Assembly: GCA_965212015.1 (NCBI GenBank)
Contig: OZ243037.1
Span: 256,001 to 320,000 of the forward strand
DNA length: 64,000 nt
From: Cenarchaeum sp.
GTDB taxonomy: Archaea > Thermoproteota > Nitrososphaeria > Nitrososphaerales > Nitrosopumilaceae
Reading direction: 5' to 3'
Positions within the stretch are counted from its first letter, which is position 1, and every line of letters begins with the position of its first letter. The notes below the pieces were generated by a model that made no database searches, was not told the DNA's origin, and worked only from the letters and a program-made list of their open reading frames with translations. Made by a program: the position numbers and the translations under genes. Positions 50,079 to 60,098 of this stretch are shown piece by piece.

Positions 50079-51062
50079 ATGACAATGCTCAAAATCTTGG
50101 GAATTCTGGCAGTATTGGCAGTAGGCATGATTGCCATACCCGATATATCTGCCGTACGGTGCAGTGAGGACAAAAACCCCATACAGTCACCGCATGGAAA
50201 ACCGGCTTGTGTCTTTGATGATACGTTTGCCAAACTCTTGGAGAGGGGATGGAGTATGCCAACCTTGGATGGGCAGGATGTACCAACTGTTGGTTCTGTT
50301 GTACCGGATATAGACACATGGAACACGAGAGATCTTGCAATTCCATCTGATCCAGATGCAATGGGCGAATATATTGTCCTTAATAGTCTGTTTCCAATAT
50401 ATGAGGTAGAGATACCAAAAACTACACCGCTAAACGACGTCATGAACATAACCATACATTATGACTATTCGCCGCGATATACCTTCTATGATACGGAAAA
50501 TCCGTCGGAGTTTGATCCTGCAAATTCACAAAATCTAATATCGTTACGCCCAACTGTAAATAGTGAATTTATAGGACCAGAAGTGTTTTTCAGACACACA
50601 AAACACCTAGAGATGATCAGTGACTTTCCTTTGCTGGAGCGTGCTCCACCCGGTACCGACTATTATGGAGAAGGAATGTATTCATATTGGATAACCCTCC
50701 CATACAATGGAAACATACCGCATACGGAACAGGTATCATTCAGGGTCAAAAAACCAATGTTGTATAATCAAGAGGAATTTCACATATCAATGCCATCTAG
50801 TGAATCCCCCCAGCCTACCACCTGGTATTCCTCAACTAATGATGGAAGACTGACCATATCCCCTGTTCCAATATATGCTGAAGGTGCCGACGATGAATTT
50901 CCACAAAAAGGCATAGGAAAGTTCAACCCTCCGGGTTATCACAAAAGCGAACCAGGTGAGGGACCCATTAGTCCGGATCAGATAGACAGTCTTGCTCCGG
51001 AGGTTCAAAAGGCGATACGCGAATGGCAGGCAAAGACGAACAAAACAAATAATGCACCGTAA
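50079..51062 (+). CDS. Secreted hypothetical protein with C...PAC...L..RGW motif
   Basis: Signal peptide MLKILGILAVLAVGMIA; SPHGKPACVFDDTFAKLLERGW. Confidence 0.8.
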   Translation: MTMLKILGILAVLAVGMIAIPDISAVRCSEDKNPIQSPHGKPACVFDDTFAKLLERGWSMPTLDGQDVPTVGSVVPDIDTWNTRDLAIPSDPDAMGEYIVLNSLFPIYEVEIPKTTPLNDVMNITIHYDYSPRYTFYDTENPSEFDPANSQNLISLRPTVNSEFIGPEVFFRHTKHLEMISDFPLLERAPPGTDYYGEGMYSYWITLPYNGNIPHTEQVSFRVKKPMLYNQEEFHISMPSSESPQPTTWYSSTNDGRLTISPVPIYAEGADDEFPQKGIGKFNPPGYHKSEPGEGPISPDQIDSLAPEVQKAIREWQAKTNKTNNAP

Positions 51063-51086
51063 AATCAAAATATTATTGGAATAAAA

Positions 51087-51191
51087 TCAGTCGCTTTCAA
51101 GCATGTCTTTCTTCCACTGCGGAAGAGACTCGTAATAGTCGATCGCTATTTTGGCCTGCTCTTTCATCCAGCCTTCCCTAAATTTCAGCAT
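51087..51191 (-). CDS. Possible 34-aa microprotein
   Basis: MLKFREGWMKEQAKIAIDYYESLPQWKKDMLESD; ATG start, protein-like composition; too short for certainty. Confidence 0.35.
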   Translation of the reverse strand: MLKFREGWMKEQAKIAIDYYESLPQWKKDMLESD

Positions 51192-51629
51192 GCCTGTTAA
51201 ACGGGCAATTCCGTTATAAATCTTGATGGTCTAATTTTATTCCTTGTATAGCCCCTTTTCTTCCATTCTTTTTGCCAGATCCATGACTGCCAGAGTCTCA
51301 TCAACCACAAATTCCAGTGGTTCTGCAAATATCGGACCTGTTACCTATTTTGAGTTCAAATCTAATGATGTTTTTATAGGTGGGCTGATCAATTCTCTCG
51401 TATTGTTTAATCGATAGTTGGGAGAGGAATTAGAGGATTCCCATCATTTTGACAAATAGCTAATTTTGGATGTGATTTTGGAGTGTTTTTGCCAAAATAT
51501 GCCTTTTCTAGGCATCGATTCAGCGTTTAATTTTTATGGCAGGACGTCATAACATACATGGCAAGTAAGTCCACTGGTCGTGCCGCAAGGCGTAGGATTT
51601 ATCCGAAGGCACGTGGCATTGCGTTTTAG

Positions 51630-52391
51630 TCATGATAGTTTGAATGAACCAGAATTTATAAAATTTGGCCTGAGCAGATCCATGTAGGTAGAATCACTGT
51701 GTTTTAATGCAAAATGAAACGCACCTGCAACAAAATCACCTGCCCATATTCCGGGTGTTGTTAACGAATCTGCATCATGAAAAGTAATTTGCCCACGGTA
51801 GTTTTTTATATTCTGATTAGAATTATCTGTATCAGACATCCATTTGTTGAATGCAATTGTCTGAGTTGGATTCAATCTTCCACGATCATAAATCACTGTT
51901 GGAGCTGTTTCAAGACGTATATTTGGTAACATATTATCGAATAATGATTGCTTGAAGAGAGCATTCCCAATATTCTCTGGAATATTATTCTTATTCATGA
52001 TATCTATTTTATTAAGAATTCCAGCAAATATGCCATCAGATTTGTCAAGTATAACTTTAGCAATTTGATTTCTCACATCAGGATAATGAGGAATCCAATC
52101 TGATTTAATCACGTCATCTGTGTATCCCAATTTTTTTAATGCTCCTGTAGGATAAAATTTAATCTCTTTCAGTTTCGATGGATATAGATTATTTTTATGT
52201 AATTTTAGCAATAATTTATGAAGATGCTTATTTAATTTTTTAGGTTTTTTGGAATAGCAAAACCCCATGATAAAAAAAGGATGTTTTTTATTGTGATCTA
52301 ATTTTCCCATACCTGCATTGCCAGATTCATCAACATAAATTACATCATGTCTCATTTTACGTCTGTTAGCGAATCTAGAATAATCATTCAT
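51630..52391 (-). CDS. DUF3800 family protein
   Basis: IYVDESG at the N-terminus and GIWAGDFVAGA at the C-terminus; AT-rich. Confidence 0.8.
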   Translation of the reverse strand: MNDYSRFANRRKMRHDVIYVDESGNAGMGKLDHNKKHPFFIMGFCYSKKPKKLNKHLHKLLLKLHKNNLYPSKLKEIKFYPTGALKKLGYTDDVIKSDWIPHYPDVRNQIAKVILDKSDGIFAGILNKIDIMNKNNIPENIGNALFKQSLFDNMLPNIRLETAPTVIYDRGRLNPTQTIAFNKWMSDTDNSNQNIKNYRGQITFHDADSLTTPGIWAGDFVAGAFHFALKHSDSTYMDLLRPNFINSGSFKLS

Positions 52392-52429
52392 AATTTTTCA
52401 ACACACATGTCCATCAAGGATTTTATGCA

Positions 52430-52795
52430 CAAAGAAATCATATCTGTTGCAATTTTGATCTCTTTCATGTTGATTTTTCTTAATTCTCATATTTTTTTTA
52501 CTGCCAGAACTGCGGCAGAGTTTCCGCCCATCCTGCTTCACAGCTCATCTCCGCGGTTCATTCCGGATTCAATTCTGTCATATTCCGAATCATTCTTTTC
52601 CGGGTTTTCCAGCCCGACAATCTCCGTAAACAGGCCGCTGATCACAATCTTTTTTGATCTGTATCCGACCATACTCAGGGATCTGCCCAGAGAATCACAG
52701 ATTTGATCCAAGTCAACTCCCAGCGGTCCGACCAGTCCAAAAACCATCTCCGACCTGGATTTGTTCTTCAAGATTATTATATATGTTAAATTCAT
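52430..52795 (-). pseudogene. Truncated N-terminal P-loop domain of an anti-phage dCTP deaminase-like gene
   Basis: EMVFGLVGPLGVDL...GY....EYDRIE.GMNRGDEL*SR...AVLAVKKI*ELRK: two in-frame TGA; no deaminase domain present. Confidence 0.65.
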
Positions 52796-53577
52796 ATATT
52801 AAAATTTTGATCGTGAGATCTTGACAAAGCCCGTGCTCTATTTGATCCCGAACCTGCAGTCCTCAAATGATTCTGGAATTTTCAGTTTACGGGTAGGCAG
52901 TCATATGGTGTAACCGGAAAACAGCATCGATACGGATAAATCACTCCAGATACAACCCATATCAATGTCAGGATGCAGCATGCAGGATGCCTACGTTTTC
53001 AAATCCACTCATGTACGATATTCGTTATTTGCAGAAATCGGGCATAGGACTGCAAAACTGGAAAAACCTGAAATTATGCCTAATATTTCGAATCCCCCGC
53101 CTGTGCGGGATTCGAAATCATCAAAATGCGCCGGGACACGGCGCAGGGGTCTAGTTCTGCTTCCCTTCACACAGGCACACAGGGCGCAAGAGAAATCGTA
53201 CTGGGAAGCGGAACAATTCTGAAGGGAAGCGGAACCATACAGGGCAGAGGTAATTATACAATAACCGGACCTCATGCCCGTCTCATACATCATGATATGG
53301 TATGGTAAAGGAATTATTTATCTCTTTTTTTGTGCGTGATTCTCGGTCTTGCAGGAAACATGTCTTGCGATTATCTGCCATGTTCCACTGAATTTCACAC
53401 GTATGGGTTCCACACTGCTGGTCTTTTCTGCCTCTTGCGCGCGGGCCGAGTTTGAAGTCCTAGAGTGTATCTGTAGGGGAAATACAGTCCATCCAGAAAG
53501 GCCGGCAGATGGGTAAAATAACTGCCCCCAGTCATAAAATCGGCAAAGTCGGCAAAATCTGCCGACAATCCGAAAAA

Positions 53578-53664
53578 CGGCAATTTTGGGGATCAAAGTG
53601 GGAAAAAACATCCAAAAATCTGCTGTGTAGTGTGTCAGAAAGTGAAATTAATTGACAATGCCTC
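53578..53664 (+). repeat. 87-bp direct repeat, copy 2
   Basis: Matches 49947-50034. Confidence 0.93.
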
Positions 53665-53698
53665 ATCCCTTATTAGTAGGTAAAAAGTCCATTTTTGC

Positions 53699-54403
53699 AT
53701 GAACCAGCAGTACTATATCGTCTCTGCCCTTGCCGGCATGGCCATAATCGGCGCGTTCGTTTTTACGCATGTTCCCGAAGAAAACCCGGATGTGGAATTG
53801 CAGGATATCACTAATAACTATGATGCACGAGAAAATCTTACCATTATGGGAGGTGGCGGCGGTACCTCTTGGAGGACTACACACGTGCCAGACATTGCAG
53901 ATGATATTTCACACACGATTCGAGGAACTGTACTTTCTGTAGGGGAACCTATACACTGGGCGGAGAGAGAAATTGCTCCTCTAGGACATGCAGCATTTCC
54001 AGTCACCATGTCAGTGGATGAAATTTACAAGGGAACTTGGAATTCTACTACTTTTACGGTTTATGATCATATGTTTTATTACACATTAGATGATGATGGC
54101 AATCATGACCTGGCTTTTATAAATATAACTGCGACATTGCATGATCCAAACAAGGTTTATCTCAAATTGCCAGAACGTCCCCGATATGATATAGGCAAAG
54201 AATTAATCATACATACACAACCAGACAACGTTATGATTGAAAATTATCATGCAATAGATGACGTTGAATATCTTGAAGAATTTCTGCCATTTTATATCAC
54301 ACCATTGGGCGTATACTCTACATATACGATAAGAGATAACATTGCCTATGATCACTATGACAGAGTTATATCAATTGATGTTATAAGTACAGAAGCACAA
54401 TAA
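53699..54403 (+). CDS. Membrane-anchored or secreted hypothetical protein
   Basis: 234 aa, N-terminal hydrophobic helix; IRGTVLSV...VTMSVDEIYKG. Confidence 0.8.
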   Translation: MNQQYYIVSALAGMAIIGAFVFTHVPEENPDVELQDITNNYDARENLTIMGGGGGTSWRTTHVPDIADDISHTIRGTVLSVGEPIHWAEREIAPLGHAAFPVTMSVDEIYKGTWNSTTFTVYDHMFYYTLDDDGNHDLAFINITATLHDPNKVYLKLPERPRYDIGKELIIHTQPDNVMIENYHAIDDVEYLEEFLPFYITPLGVYSTYTIRDNIAYDHYDRVISIDVISTEAQ

Positions 54404-54406
54404 GTC

Positions 54407-54568
54407 ATGACTCAAAACCACTCCCATATCTTTTTACTTGTCATTGCATCAGTTTTTTTAATAACAACTTTTGTAGGTGCAGATGCACAACGTGATAATG
54501 TGCCTCTTGACAGTCATAATCAAATAGTATGTTATGATGTAAATTTGGTCTGGACCCCTCTAGAGTAA
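54407..54568 (+). pseudogene. Truncated secreted-protein gene (53 aa)
   Basis: MTQNHSHIFLLVIASVFLITTFVGADAQ signal peptide then a stop after about 25 residues; starts 3 bp after the upstream gene. Confidence 0.5.
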
Positions 54569-54825
54569 GACCACGATATCGCAGGCAGACGACGGGCCAA
54601 GCGGCAGTACGGGCGGGATTCCGATCGTGTTTTCGGCGGCAGACGGGGACAAGCTGGTAATAGAAATCGACGCCGACATCCGGATGATCAACACCACACA
54701 TGCCGAATCCCAGGTGCAGTAATTGCTGGGAACCACATCATGTGGTTAGAGATCCAGTCCAAGTTCAGTCCATTCTGATACACTAATGAATAGTGTTTTT
54801 TATATGGTATTACGATCTTGGAATC

Positions 54826-56373
54826 ATGATGAATCAGGCCATATTACTTCTAGTTGCCGGACTCTTTACAGCACATGTGGCATATGCGTATGCAGAACAG
54901 GATATAGACAAAAATGGCTCATCCGGACAGCCGGAATGCCAGATATGGCCCAACTGTACCATCGAGGTGCGCGAGTCAACGGAATACGTGTGGGGCAACA
55001 ACAAGACGGGAACCCGGACAGTAGAGCTGACCATAGAGTATCCGCCCCCGATCAAAGAGCTTGACGACTGTACAAAGGCCAGCGGTATCATACGGTGGGA
55101 TGCAAAGTTTGAGGGGCCAAAGGTTCTGCCGGATCTGCAGGAGGTAATAGATTCCGGCGCGGAACGGCTGTGCGTTACAATAGTGCATAATGTGGATGCG
55201 GCCACAATACGAGACTATGATATAGTACAAAAAAATATTTTAAGCCTACTAGGTCACAAGGACGTACAAACAGAGAGGGCCCAGTTTGCCCAATACCGCA
55301 CAATATGGGCGGCCATTCCCGCACACCTGCTCGATGATCTGGTAAAAAGCAATTATGTGGCAAACATTGATCTTTACGGCAAGGATCTTGAAATTCCGTG
55401 GCATATCACTCGGGGACTGGAATCCAAAGTTGACCCCCTGATATATCAAGAGATTGAAACCAAAATGAAACATTGTAGTCATTTTGAGGCCGGCTTGCCT
55501 TCCCCGACATATGACAGTAATTCTACCCTGATAGTACCAAGTGACTCGGATCTTGCATCATGTCCACTAGACAGGAATGCGGCCGGCTTGGAAACTCTCG
55601 AAGTATACATTGGATTGCCGAGGATTGAATTATGGCCAGATGGTTGGCCCGATGGTAAATACCCAACAAAAGAACAAAGGGTTGAGAGACGCATAGAAAA
55701 AAGCAAAGAAGTAGTAATGTCACAGCAGCCATTCATTGAATTTTTGGAATCAAACAATCAAACTGTAATATACAGATTTAATTTTACTAATTCACTTGAA
55801 GTCGATATTACCATTGATTTTCTGTCACAGCTTGAAGCAATGGATGAGGTGCTATATGTGGAGAGCCGCAATAATTTTGGCATACTTGCTGCCATAACGC
55901 CGGAGGAGCAAATGAAGATTGCCAACCAGTCCAGATCAACTTCTGATGAGACAGATGCAAAGTCCGACACACCTTCCAATAAAATCGACGTCAAGTTGGA
56001 CGGAGATAACGCTGTAATCAACATTTACGCGGACATAGTTCCAAGATCACTTCCCATAACGGACGAAATTATAGGAAAAAACGTTACCCTCCACATAAAC
56101 GACGGCCAGGTTCTGGACTATGAGGTGCTTCCCGGAGACGGACGATCAGATACCATGCTGGTGCTCTCAAACCCCGAAAAGAATACCTCCGAGCCCGCAC
56201 CGTTGCCATCACCAAAACAGCAGATCGCAGATGGCACGTCCCCGGATATGGTACAGTGTAGAGAAGGCCTCAGCCTCGCGATAATGAAGGAAAAACCCGT
56301 GTGCCTTTCCGAGCTCAGTATAGAAAAGCTTGCAAAGCGCGGATTAGACATAATTCGCGTCCACTTTCCATAA
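54826..56373 (+). CDS. Secreted hypothetical protein with two prodomain-like segments and C-terminal SPKQQ...C...C...KRG motif
   Basis: Signal peptide ending AYAYA; about 515 aa open frame. Confidence 0.82.
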   Translation: MMNQAILLLVAGLFTAHVAYAYAEQDIDKNGSSGQPECQIWPNCTIEVRESTEYVWGNNKTGTRTVELTIEYPPPIKELDDCTKASGIIRWDAKFEGPKVLPDLQEVIDSGAERLCVTIVHNVDAATIRDYDIVQKNILSLLGHKDVQTERAQFAQYRTIWAAIPAHLLDDLVKSNYVANIDLYGKDLEIPWHITRGLESKVDPLIYQEIETKMKHCSHFEAGLPSPTYDSNSTLIVPSDSDLASCPLDRNAAGLETLEVYIGLPRIELWPDGWPDGKYPTKEQRVERRIEKSKEVVMSQQPFIEFLESNNQTVIYRFNFTNSLEVDITIDFLSQLEAMDEVLYVESRNNFGILAAITPEEQMKIANQSRSTSDETDAKSDTPSNKIDVKLDGDNAVINIYADIVPRSLPITDEIIGKNVTLHINDGQVLDYEVLPGDGRSDTMLVLSNPEKNTSEPAPLPSPKQQIADGTSPDMVQCREGLSLAIMKEKPVCLSELSIEKLAKRGLDIIRVHFP

Positions 56374-56582
56374 CCAATATAATGAATCATATCTCATCTA
56401 AAGCCATGCAAATTTCCCCAATACTGCTAAGTGGACTCATCTTGGGTATGACCCTTTTTGGACAAGCCTTTGCACAGTCTGCCGGTGGGGACACATCAGT
56501 TACGATCGACGAAGAACTAGTTCACAGGATGGTAAACGGAACCTTTGTCATAGAGAGGCAGCCAGTCCAGATAACCACTATA

Positions 56583-57672
56583 TAGTCAAACGCATAAATA
56601 ATTTGAAACTGGCATAACCTTCATGAAATATTTCATCACGTCTAATGAATATTTCTTTGTCCTGAAATACTCGCACAGTGCATATTTCATCTCGTCAAAT
56701 GTACGGTAATATTCAGACACCATCAGGTCGTGTTTTGCCCGTCTCCACCATTCTTCCATTGGGTTGAATTCTGGGCATCCTTTGGGAAGATAAATCATCC
56801 GTATATCAGGATTCTTTTTTAGGAATTCCATGAGTGCCTTTGATTTGTGCGGGGTTGCCCTGTCTGCAATTACTGCGATTTTTCCAAAATGATTGTGCAA
56901 ATCGCCTATAAACCTGATGCATGTTTTGCTGTTAAATTTTTCAGCAGATCTAAAGAAATGTCTCCCGTCCGTTGTGATGCCGCCAAACATTGTAACGACA
57001 TCATGTCTACCGGTGTATGGTAGTAGAATTCTCTTATTTATTGGAGACCAGTATTTTTGGCCAGGTATTACATCATAGATAAAAAACGACTCGTCTATGA
57101 CCACAACGGTATATCCCAGATTTTCTAGGCGTGAAATTTGCGGTCCCACACCGTGCTGAAATTTCTCGATTTCTTCCTTGTCGGATTTTTGAATGTGTAT
57201 TCTCTGTGGGGTTTTTCTGGAATATTTTAGCTGGTGAAGGATCTTTGTAACATGTCTGATATGATATTTGACTCCGGTTTTTTCATATATCTGCTGCATC
57301 AGGGTTTTTGGTGTTATCTTTTCTGTATCATTCAGGATGGATTCGATTGTTTCTTTGGATACGAATGAGGGACGGCCAGATCTAGGCCTGTCCTCCAGGC
57401 CTTTTGCTCCATCTTTCTTGTATGCGTCTAGCCAGTTTTGCACTGACTGGTACGATACGAAGAATTCACGCGCGGTATCTGCCACACTGCGTCCGTTTAT
57501 TTCTATCATGCAGACTGCGTGCAGTCGATATCCTATTGGTGTGCGTCTGTTGCGTTTGTAGGCCAGAAGGAGTTCTTCATTTTTTGTATCCATGGTACGT
57601 ATGAATGATTAGTGATCAAAAAAGAGCTTGGTCAAAAGTTATTGATCTTCAAAAGACTTATGCGTTTGGCTA
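56583..57672 (-). mobile_element. IS630-family insertion sequence (1090 bp)
   Basis: Terminal IRs tagtcaaacgcataa / ttatgcgtttggcta (1 mismatch) flanked by duplicated TA at 56581-82 and 57673-74. Confidence 0.92.
56586..57593 (-). CDS. IS630-family transposase
   Basis: HTH region with RSGRP; DDE triad IDES, ADRATPH, PEFNPME; single ORF. Confidence 0.94.
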   Translation of the reverse strand: MDTKNEELLLAYKRNRRTPIGYRLHAVCMIEINGRSVADTAREFFVSYQSVQNWLDAYKKDGAKGLEDRPRSGRPSFVSKETIESILNDTEKITPKTLMQQIYEKTGVKYHIRHVTKILHQLKYSRKTPQRIHIQKSDKEEIEKFQHGVGPQISRLENLGYTVVVIDESFFIYDVIPGQKYWSPINKRILLPYTGRHDVVTMFGGITTDGRHFFRSAEKFNSKTCIRFIGDLHNHFGKIAVIADRATPHKSKALMEFLKKNPDIRMIYLPKGCPEFNPMEEWWRRAKHDLMVSEYYRTFDEMKYALCEYFRTKKYSLDVMKYFMKVMPVSNYLCV

Positions 57673-57781
57673 TAGAGAATGCTCGGATCGTGACTATTTA
57701 CCGTACAGGATACTTTCAGATTGGAGGCATGTCGTTGATACCTTTAATTTGCGTTAGGCTTTGATGTAAAACGTGTGATTT

Positions 57782-58324
57782 ATGACTAAAAAAAAGATTG
57801 TTCTGCTGGGCGTGTGCATTTTTTTATTCGTTGTGATATTTGCCCCCAGGCAGGCAGACATCTATCTGCGGGAATGGGTACCCGAAAGTGACGCAAATTA
57901 TTATAAAACCCCGACAATATTTTTTGGAATAAACAATTATTTTCATGATAAGGAGCTAGAATTTGTTAGTTGGTCTGATGATTTTCAAATTGTCGGTGAA
58001 AAACAACTGTTGGAAAAACCCTCCCAACTTTCACACGAAGAAAAATTTGATATCCTAACTTCAGAATGCAAATTGTTGTTCCAAAATCATTTGTCCCTAT
58101 GTGATGCAGGCGGCATTTTCGGCACCGCCGACATATGTTACCTTTATTATGACAAGAGCAGATATGAGTATTGCATATCCGTATATGATCATACCCGTAT
58201 TAGCAACGAGGAATGCAAAATGCTACATGAAAAATATCTTGAACGCTGGGAAGGAATACTTTCCAAGTCATTTTTCATTGATTTTGACAGATTTGCGGAT
58301 AATAATTGTAAAGGACGAATATGA
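57782..58324 (+). CDS. Membrane-anchored Cys-containing hypothetical protein
   Basis: 180 aa, N-terminal TM helix, six Cys in the C-terminal half. Confidence 0.7.
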   Translation: MTKKKIVLLGVCIFLFVVIFAPRQADIYLREWVPESDANYYKTPTIFFGINNYFHDKELEFVSWSDDFQIVGEKQLLEKPSQLSHEEKFDILTSECKLLFQNHLSLCDAGGIFGTADICYLYYDKSRYEYCISVYDHTRISNEECKMLHEKYLERWEGILSKSFFIDFDRFADNNCKGRI

Positions 58325-58573
58325 GATCTCCAAATGAGATGTGCCTTTTTCACTGGAAGATGCCGGCCTTGCCGCGCCATTCAGACATGGCAGTTTCAAC
58401 CACCTGATGACTCAAAGCCGGAATTTCACATGTAAGATCGGATATTTAATCCTGTCACATGCCCTGAATCTTGTAACGGGCTAGAGCGTGTTTGGATCCG
58501 TAGGTATGGAATCCGGATGATTACGAACATTTCATAGCATTGTTTAATTATCACAGACTATGAGAAAAGCCAG

Positions 58574-59944
58574 ATGCTCAAAGTGGTAATTCCCCTGATG
58601 TTCCTTATGGTCGCGATTCCGGCATATTCTGAAATCCTCTCGCCTGCGGCGCAGCTCAAAGCCGGTATAATGATACAGGATGTACAGTGTGATTATGAGA
58701 AAACCCTCCTGGCATCCCCCAACGGCAGGCCGGCCTGCACGTCATTTGAGACCGCAGAGAGGCTCGCGCAGCGCGGATGGAATATCATCCGGACATTTGA
58801 TGATATGCGGCCATCTGATGGAAATCAAACAAACTCGGTGATGTCTAATATTCCGGATGATATTACAAGCCGGAACGGTACCGAATCATCAGGCATGATC
58901 CACGATGAGACAAACCAGACGCAGTCAAATATTATATCTAACGGCAAAGAAATTGATGAAATGCCGGTAAAAGACGAGTATTATGATTTTATAAAAACTA
59001 CCACATATGGTAACATCACCTCGCAGCACAACGGCATGTATCTAGTCAACAACAATCACATTACACTGGCGGGAATTGAACCCCTGCCAAATCCTGACGG
59101 ATTCTGGTTTCCAACCACCATAGTAAACTATGAGCGCGCGATGCAGCAGATTGCAGACGGCATTGATGACAGGGTAATCCTGGAAATAATAAACCCCGAT
59201 CTGGCACACAAACAGGGCGCAAAGTATGAGACTGAGAAAGGAAACAAGATACGAGCAGGACGAAGTGCCATAATATTTACAATATCCGGACATGACGGTC
59301 TGTCTCAAGGCTCGCTTGACTACAAGGATGACCTGTTTGATCTGGACAAGCAGGCAAAATATTCCGCAGAAAGGGGACTTGCAAATGACAGGGACGCTGC
59401 AATAAGAAATTTTGTTGAAAAGACCGGACTGCCGGATGTTCGCAAAATAGTTCACGGCGATATCGCCGCTACCGTATATCTTAACAATCCTCCCAGCACC
59501 GGAAAAATGAAATTTGATTTTTGGTCTAACAATCATATAGAAATAACGGTATCTCCTTGGACGCAGAATCTAGATCTACCTAAAAATCTTGGTCAATATG
59601 AGATGTCCAAACGTATCCATCAATTTGCGCTCGATAATGCGCATGTATTTGATCCAAAACGTTGTAAATTCACCCCGTATGATGAGCCATATCGCTCATA
59701 TGCAGGCGTAGAGAGAATTCAAGCAGGGGTACCTATTCATTCCATGCGAGTAGGCACCTGTTTTAATTCTGATTATCCGGATCATCAACCTCTTCAAGCG
59801 GTTTACATGGAAGGCATCACGGGCGAGATCGGCTGGTTTGACTCTCAAGCACCGCTAGTCGAGGACTGGCTAGACAGGATAGACATTCCAGAGTCTGCCA
59901 AGGTAAGAGACTGTACGATATATTGGGGAAATGATCGCTGCTGA
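58574..59944 (+). CDS. Secreted hypothetical protein with N-terminal SP..Q...C...PAC...RGW motif
   Basis: Signal peptide ending PAYS; 456 aa. Confidence 0.82.
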   Translation: MLKVVIPLMFLMVAIPAYSEILSPAAQLKAGIMIQDVQCDYEKTLLASPNGRPACTSFETAERLAQRGWNIIRTFDDMRPSDGNQTNSVMSNIPDDITSRNGTESSGMIHDETNQTQSNIISNGKEIDEMPVKDEYYDFIKTTTYGNITSQHNGMYLVNNNHITLAGIEPLPNPDGFWFPTTIVNYERAMQQIADGIDDRVILEIINPDLAHKQGAKYETEKGNKIRAGRSAIIFTISGHDGLSQGSLDYKDDLFDLDKQAKYSAERGLANDRDAAIRNFVEKTGLPDVRKIVHGDIAATVYLNNPPSTGKMKFDFWSNNHIEITVSPWTQNLDLPKNLGQYEMSKRIHQFALDNAHVFDPKRCKFTPYDEPYRSYAGVERIQAGVPIHSMRVGTCFNSDYPDHQPLQAVYMEGITGEIGWFDSQAPLVEDWLDRIDIPESAKVRDCTIYWGNDRC

Positions 59945-60098
59945 TACCTTTATAAGCACTACCAAAGAATTTGTGTAATAGGTTAGGTTGAGCACGAGGC
60001 CAATTTTCCCTGATCCGCCCGATCTAAATAATTTTGAGATCTGCTCTGTGTCACAAGCTGCCTAATTTTTCCCAGCGTAAACTAATCTAGGATTAATC

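Larger units (their letters stand above)
56382..57764 (+). pseudogene. Secreted-protein gene interrupted by IS630
   Basis: Signal peptide ...GQAFAQ; removing the IS restores the frame QITTI|ENARIVTIYRTGYFQIGG... to TGA at 57762-57764. Confidence 0.65.

Noticed and set aside
58380-58535. Possible fourth copy of the degenerate dispersed repeat (aacgggc..ga, ggatga..cgaacattt)
   Set aside because: Only two short blocks with different spacing; cannot be separated from chance without an alignment statistic.
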